64,000 nucleotides of DNA from contig CAKUFG010000008.1 of NCBI GenBank assembly GCA_934647235.1, forward strand, positions 6,380 to 70,379. The letters run 5' to 3'. Positions 60,524 through 64,000 of the stretch are shown piece after piece. The translations under genes and the position numbers were made by a program. The notes under the pieces are model-generated. The model was not told where the DNA came from. It searched no databases and saw only the letters and a program-made list of their open reading frames with translations. The DNA is from an uncultured Clostridia bacterium (lineage in GTDB: Bacteria; Bacillota; Clostridia; Christensenellales; Aristaeellaceae). Positions within the stretch are counted from its first letter, which is position 1. Each line of letters begins with the position of its first letter.

Positions 60524-63112
60524 ATGAAGGATAATCAATATACACAGAAAAGCATCACCGCCATCAACGCTGCGCAATCCCTGGCCGGCGAGTATGGCAA
60601 TCAGGAGCTGTCCCAGGCGCACCTGCTGGCCGCGCTGACCGACAGCGCCGACAACCTGGTCTATCAGCTGCTGGGCAAAATGCAGCTGGACGCCGCCGCC
60701 GTGCACAGCGCCGCTGTGGCTGCGGTGGAAAAGCTGCCCCGCGTAAGCGGCTCCGCCCGTGAGCAGGGCAAGGTGTATGTGACCGCCGAGATGGATAAGG
60801 CGCTGCGCGAGGCCGCCGCCCAGGCGGAGCGCATGCACGATGAGTACATCTCCGTGGAGCACCTGATGATGGGCCTGCTCTCCGCGCCTGACCGCACGAT
60901 GAAGGAGATCATGCAGCGCTTTAACCTGACGCAGGACGGTTTCCTCAAGGCGCTGTCCGCCGTGCGCGGCGCTGCGCGCGTCACCAGCGATTCCCCCGAG
61001 GATACCTACGACGCGCTCAAGAAATACGGCAGCGATCTGACCCAGCTGGCGCGCGAGCATAAGCTGGATCCCGTCATTGGCCGTGACCGTGAAATCCGCG
61101 ATGTGATCCGCATCCTGAGCCGCAAGAGCAAGAACAACCCCGTGCTGATCGGCGAGCCCGGCGTGGGTAAAACCGCCATTGCCGAGGGCCTGGCGCAGCG
61201 GATTGTACGCGGCGACGTGCCCGAATCCCTGCGCGACCGCACCATCTTTTCGCTGGATATGGGCGCGCTGATTGCCGGCGCTAAGTTCCGCGGCGAGTTT
61301 GAAGAGCGCCTCAAGGCCGTGCTGGCAGAAATCAAAAAGAGCGAAGGCAAGATCCTGCTGTTCATCGATGAGCTGCACCTGATTGTGGGCGCGGGCAAAA
61401 CCGAGGGCAGCATGGACGCGGGCAACCTGCTCAAGCCCATGCTGGCGCGCGGCGAGCTGCACTGCATCGGCGCCACCACGCTGGATGAATACCGCAAATA
61501 TGTGGAAAAGGACGCGGCCCTGGAGCGCCGCTTCCAGCCTGTTCAGGTGGATGAGCCCACGGTGGAGGATACCATTTCCATCCTGCGCGGCCTGAAGGAG
61601 CGCTATGAAGTCTTCCACGGCGTTAAGATTCAGGACGCCGCGCTCATTGCCGCCGCTACGCTGTCCAACCGCTATATCAGCGATCGTTTCCTGCCCGACA
61701 AGGCCATCGACCTGGTGGACGAAGCCTGCGCCATGATCCGCACCGAAATGGACTCCATGCCGCAGGAAATGGATGAAATCCGCCGTCAGATCATGCAGCA
61801 TGAAATCGAAGAGGCCGCCCTGAAGAAGGAAACCGACGAGCTGAGCAAGACGCGCCTGGCGGAGATTCAGAAAGAGCTGGCCGATATGCGCGCCCGCTAC
61901 GACGAGATGAAATCCAAGTGGACCAACGAAAAGGAGTCCATTGGCCGCGTGCAGAAGCTCCGCGAGGAGATTGAGCGCATGAACGGCGAGATCGAGCATG
62001 CCGAGCGCAGCTATGATCTGAACCGCGCGGCACAGCTGAAATACGGCGAGCTGCCCAAGCTGCAAAAGGAACTCAAGGAGATGGAAGCCAAGGAGCCTGA
62101 AACCCGCACGCTGCTGCGCGACAAGGTGACGGAAGAGGAAATCGCCCGCATCGTATCGCGCTGGACGGGCATTCCCGTCAGCAAGCTGATGGAGGGCGAG
62201 CGCGAAAAGCTGCTTCGCCTGCCCGATGTGCTGCATCAGCGCGTGATCGGTCAGGATGAGGCCGTGCAGGCCGTCAGCGAAGCCATCCTGCGCTCCCGCG
62301 CGGGCATCGCGGATGAAAACCGCCCCATCGGCAGCTTCCTGTTCCTGGGCCCCACGGGCGTGGGCAAAACCGAGCTGGCCAAGGCGCTGGCCGAAGCGCT
62401 GTTTGATGATGAGCGGAGCCTGATCCGTATCGACATGACGGAGTACATGGAGAAATTCAGCGTATCCCGCCTGATCGGCGCACCTCCGGGATATGTGGGC
62501 TATGATGAAGGCGGTCAGCTGACCGAGGCTGTGCGCCGTAAGCCTTATTCCGTTGTGCTGTTTGATGAAATGGAAAAGGCGCATCCTGATGTATTCAACA
62601 TCCTGCTGCAGATTCTGGACGACGGCCGCGTGACCGACAGCCAGGGCCGGACGGTGGACTTCAAAAACACCATCCTGATCATGACCAGCAACCTGGGCAG
62701 CAGCGAAATTCTGGATGGCATCAGCGAAAACGGCGCCCTCAGCGAGGAAGCCCGCAAGAACGTGCAGGCCATCCTGCGCCGCACCTTCAAGCCCGAATTC
62801 CTCAACCGTATCGACGACACCGTGATCTTCACACCCCTCAGCCGCGATCAGGTGCGCAGCATTGTCAATCTGCTGCTTAACCATCTGCGTCAGCGTCTGG
62901 CAGAGCGTCAGGTAAAGCTGACTGTGACCGACGCGGCCATCGATCTGCTGATGGCGCAGGGCTACGATCCCATCTACGGCGCGCGCCCGATGAAGCGCCT
63001 GATCCAGAGCAAGCTGGAAACCCTGTGCGCCCGCGCCATTGTGGCCGGACAGGTGCACGACGGCCAGCTGACCGTGGACGCCGAAAACGGCGAGTTTGTG
63101 ATGAAGGAATAA
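60524..63112 (+). CDS. clpB: AAA+ disaggregase ClpB
   Basis: 862 aa with two Walker A motifs (GEPGVGKT and GPTGVGKT), a coiled-coil middle domain and a Clp N-domain. Confidence 0.95.
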   Translation: MKDNQYTQKSITAINAAQSLAGEYGNQELSQAHLLAALTDSADNLVYQLLGKMQLDAAAVHSAAVAAVEKLPRVSGSAREQGKVYVTAEMDKALREAAAQAERMHDEYISVEHLMMGLLSAPDRTMKEIMQRFNLTQDGFLKALSAVRGAARVTSDSPEDTYDALKKYGSDLTQLAREHKLDPVIGRDREIRDVIRILSRKSKNNPVLIGEPGVGKTAIAEGLAQRIVRGDVPESLRDRTIFSLDMGALIAGAKFRGEFEERLKAVLAEIKKSEGKILLFIDELHLIVGAGKTEGSMDAGNLLKPMLARGELHCIGATTLDEYRKYVEKDAALERRFQPVQVDEPTVEDTISILRGLKERYEVFHGVKIQDAALIAAATLSNRYISDRFLPDKAIDLVDEACAMIRTEMDSMPQEMDEIRRQIMQHEIEEAALKKETDELSKTRLAEIQKELADMRARYDEMKSKWTNEKESIGRVQKLREEIERMNGEIEHAERSYDLNRAAQLKYGELPKLQKELKEMEAKEPETRTLLRDKVTEEEIARIVSRWTGIPVSKLMEGEREKLLRLPDVLHQRVIGQDEAVQAVSEAILRSRAGIADENRPIGSFLFLGPTGVGKTELAKALAEALFDDERSLIRIDMTEYMEKFSVSRLIGAPPGYVGYDEGGQLTEAVRRKPYSVVLFDEMEKAHPDVFNILLQILDDGRVTDSQGRTVDFKNTILIMTSNLGSSEILDGISENGALSEEARKNVQAILRRTFKPEFLNRIDDTVIFTPLSRDQVRSIVNLLLNHLRQRLAERQVKLTVTDAAIDLLMAQGYDPIYGARPMKRLIQSKLETLCARAIVAGQVHDGQLTVDAENGEFVMKE

Positions 63113-63129
63113 CTTTAGGGCAAACAACA

Positions 63130-63162
63130 CCCCCGTTCGTTGAAAGACGAATGGGGGTTTTT
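63130..63162 (+). terminator. rho-independent terminator of clpB
   Basis: CCCCCGTTCG / CGAATGGGGG stem (one G-U pair) followed by TTTTTGG. Confidence 0.75.
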
Positions 63163-63268
63163 GGCTTATCATTCTTTTATATCGCAGTAGAAATAATCTA
63201 CCTCATTTGCTTGACTTTCTGGTACTTTGGGTTGTCTGCATTTTCCAGAATGCGCAAAGTATTGCATT

Positions 63269-63636
63269 CCCCCTCATCTGTCTCGCTATACGCTCGATAC
63301 CTTCTCCCTTCTGGGAGAAGGCGCTTTTATAGTTCATGCGGCTGCCGATAACCGTTGTAATTCAACAGGCGACATACTGCGCTAAAGGCTTCTCCTCGGG
63401 GAGAAGCTCCGCCGCAGGCGGTGATGAGGGGGCCTGCTGCGCGGAAATGCAAGCAATATTAATCCGTTACATTCCCCCTCATCCGTCTCGCTATTCGCTC
63501 GACCTTCTCATCAAGGAGAAGGCTTTTGGTTGGCTTCACTTTTCAGCATGTGCAAACCGCAGCGAAGTGGATAAAGGGGAACGCTGCAACGCTCCGGCAC
63601 GCAAAAGCCCCGCCCTCCATCCGGAGAGCGGAGCAA
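63269..63636. repeat. mosaic intergenic repeat cluster (B fragment, full B unit, family-D module)
   Basis: - 63269-63330 is a B fragment.
- 63383-63537 is a full B unit; its tract 63474-63503 is identical to 1867-1896.
- 63575-63636 matches 2236-2297. Confidence 0.85.
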
Positions 63637-63667
63637 AATGCATATGAAGCAGAATAGAAAATAGCGT

Positions 63668-64000
63668 TTACCAGGTATATCCGCAGGTTGAACATTGATA
63701 AGACTTTCCGACCTTGCTGCTTGCCATACCCCAAAGCCCAAAACCGATACCCCTCGACAATCTACTGATGCGTTTTACTTCATATGAGCCGCAAGTGGGG
63801 CAGCGAGGGAGAGAATTAAGAGTTTCATTCAGTTTGGTATCGATGTAAGAAAGTACATATTGCAGCTTCTCCGGGGTATCATAGTAAGAACGCGACAAGC
63901 TTTCCATGCATGTACTAACAGCGTTGGAGATGATAGCGTATTCTACTTGGTTTTGGGGAGAATGAAGGTAAAGGTCGTTTGCAAGCGTGTCGATATAGTA
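63668..64000 (-). CDS. hypothetical protein with C-terminal zinc ribbon (5' end probably beyond the window)
   Basis: The reading frame stays open from 64000 through the track ATG at 63907. C-terminus: CPTCGSYEVKRIS...GFGLWGMASS...YQCSTCGYTW. GC is markedly lower than in the rest of the window. Confidence 0.5.
   Translation of the reverse strand, partial: YYIDTLANDLYLHSPQNQVEYAIISNAVSTCMESLSRSYYDTPEKLQYVLSYIDTKLNETLNSLPRCPTCGSYEVKRISRLSRGIGFGLWGMASSKVGKSYQCSTCGYTW

Noticed and set aside
60473-63172. 899-aa minus-strand ORF covering clpB
   Set aside because: It is antisense to an unmistakable ClpB, which has two AAA+ Walker motifs. The translation is low-complexity (A/G/L/Q/H). This is a classic long shadow ORF.
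1-64000. Search for mobile elements, prophage or known defence systems (transposase, integrase, RM, Cas, abortive-infection-type ATPases or nucleases)
   Set aside because: No ORF shows the hallmark motifs. The RecD2-like helicase sits in a housekeeping context (ttcA-recD2), and the EEP, HAD and NPP enzymes sit in metabolic contexts. Only the low-GC right edge (63640-64000) hints at foreign DNA, and it is too short to call.

Overview
This 64-kb window looks like chromosomal DNA from a high-GC, spore-forming Firmicute, probably a Clostridia/Oscillospirales-like organism. Supporting signs are CotF-like coat genes, GerMN lipoproteins, a SPOR protein, a CtsR box upstream of clpB, and darA-holB synteny. 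It is densely coded, with about 59 protein genes.

I saw no rRNA or tRNA genes, no CRISPR array, and no transposase, integrase or phage genes.

Gene layout, left to right:
- holB-darA and gap.
- An AT-rich XRE switch region.
- A membrane-anchored AraC regulator with an LplABC-type sugar ABC transporter.
- An M20 peptidase, an HExxH protein and a Cys-rich secreted protein.
- A GGDEF cyclase.
- A kinase/dehydrogenase/kinase/NPP-phosphodiesterase operon, followed by three tandem UgpB-like binding proteins and one UgpC/A/E-like transporter.
- A beta-helix carbohydrate-binding lipoprotein.
- pepF with three small uncharacterised genes.
- DUF2461, pgm, tkt and murC.
- An ECF sigma factor with a minimal anti-sigma factor.
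- A HAD / FAD-oxidoreductase / histidine-phosphatase cluster.
- recX, recD2 and ttcA.
- A DUF6062-GerMN-GerMN operon.
- SPOR and LRR proteins, aroD and clpB.

The strongest signal not explained by genes is a set of mosaic, hairpin-rich repeat families. They fill seven intergenic gaps, and compensatory base changes preserve their stems.

I could not identify a clear multi-gene defence-type system. The best candidates for something undescribed are:
- the repeat families;
- the three small genes linked to pepF (the first translationally coupled);
- the Ugp-like/NPP polyol locus with triplicated binding proteins;
- an unannotated zinc-ribbon ORF under an XRE switch.

All calls come from reading the sequence and the ORF track, with no database search. 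Repeat boundaries are approximate (about +/-5 nt). Several start codons were moved relative to the track, based on RBS position.
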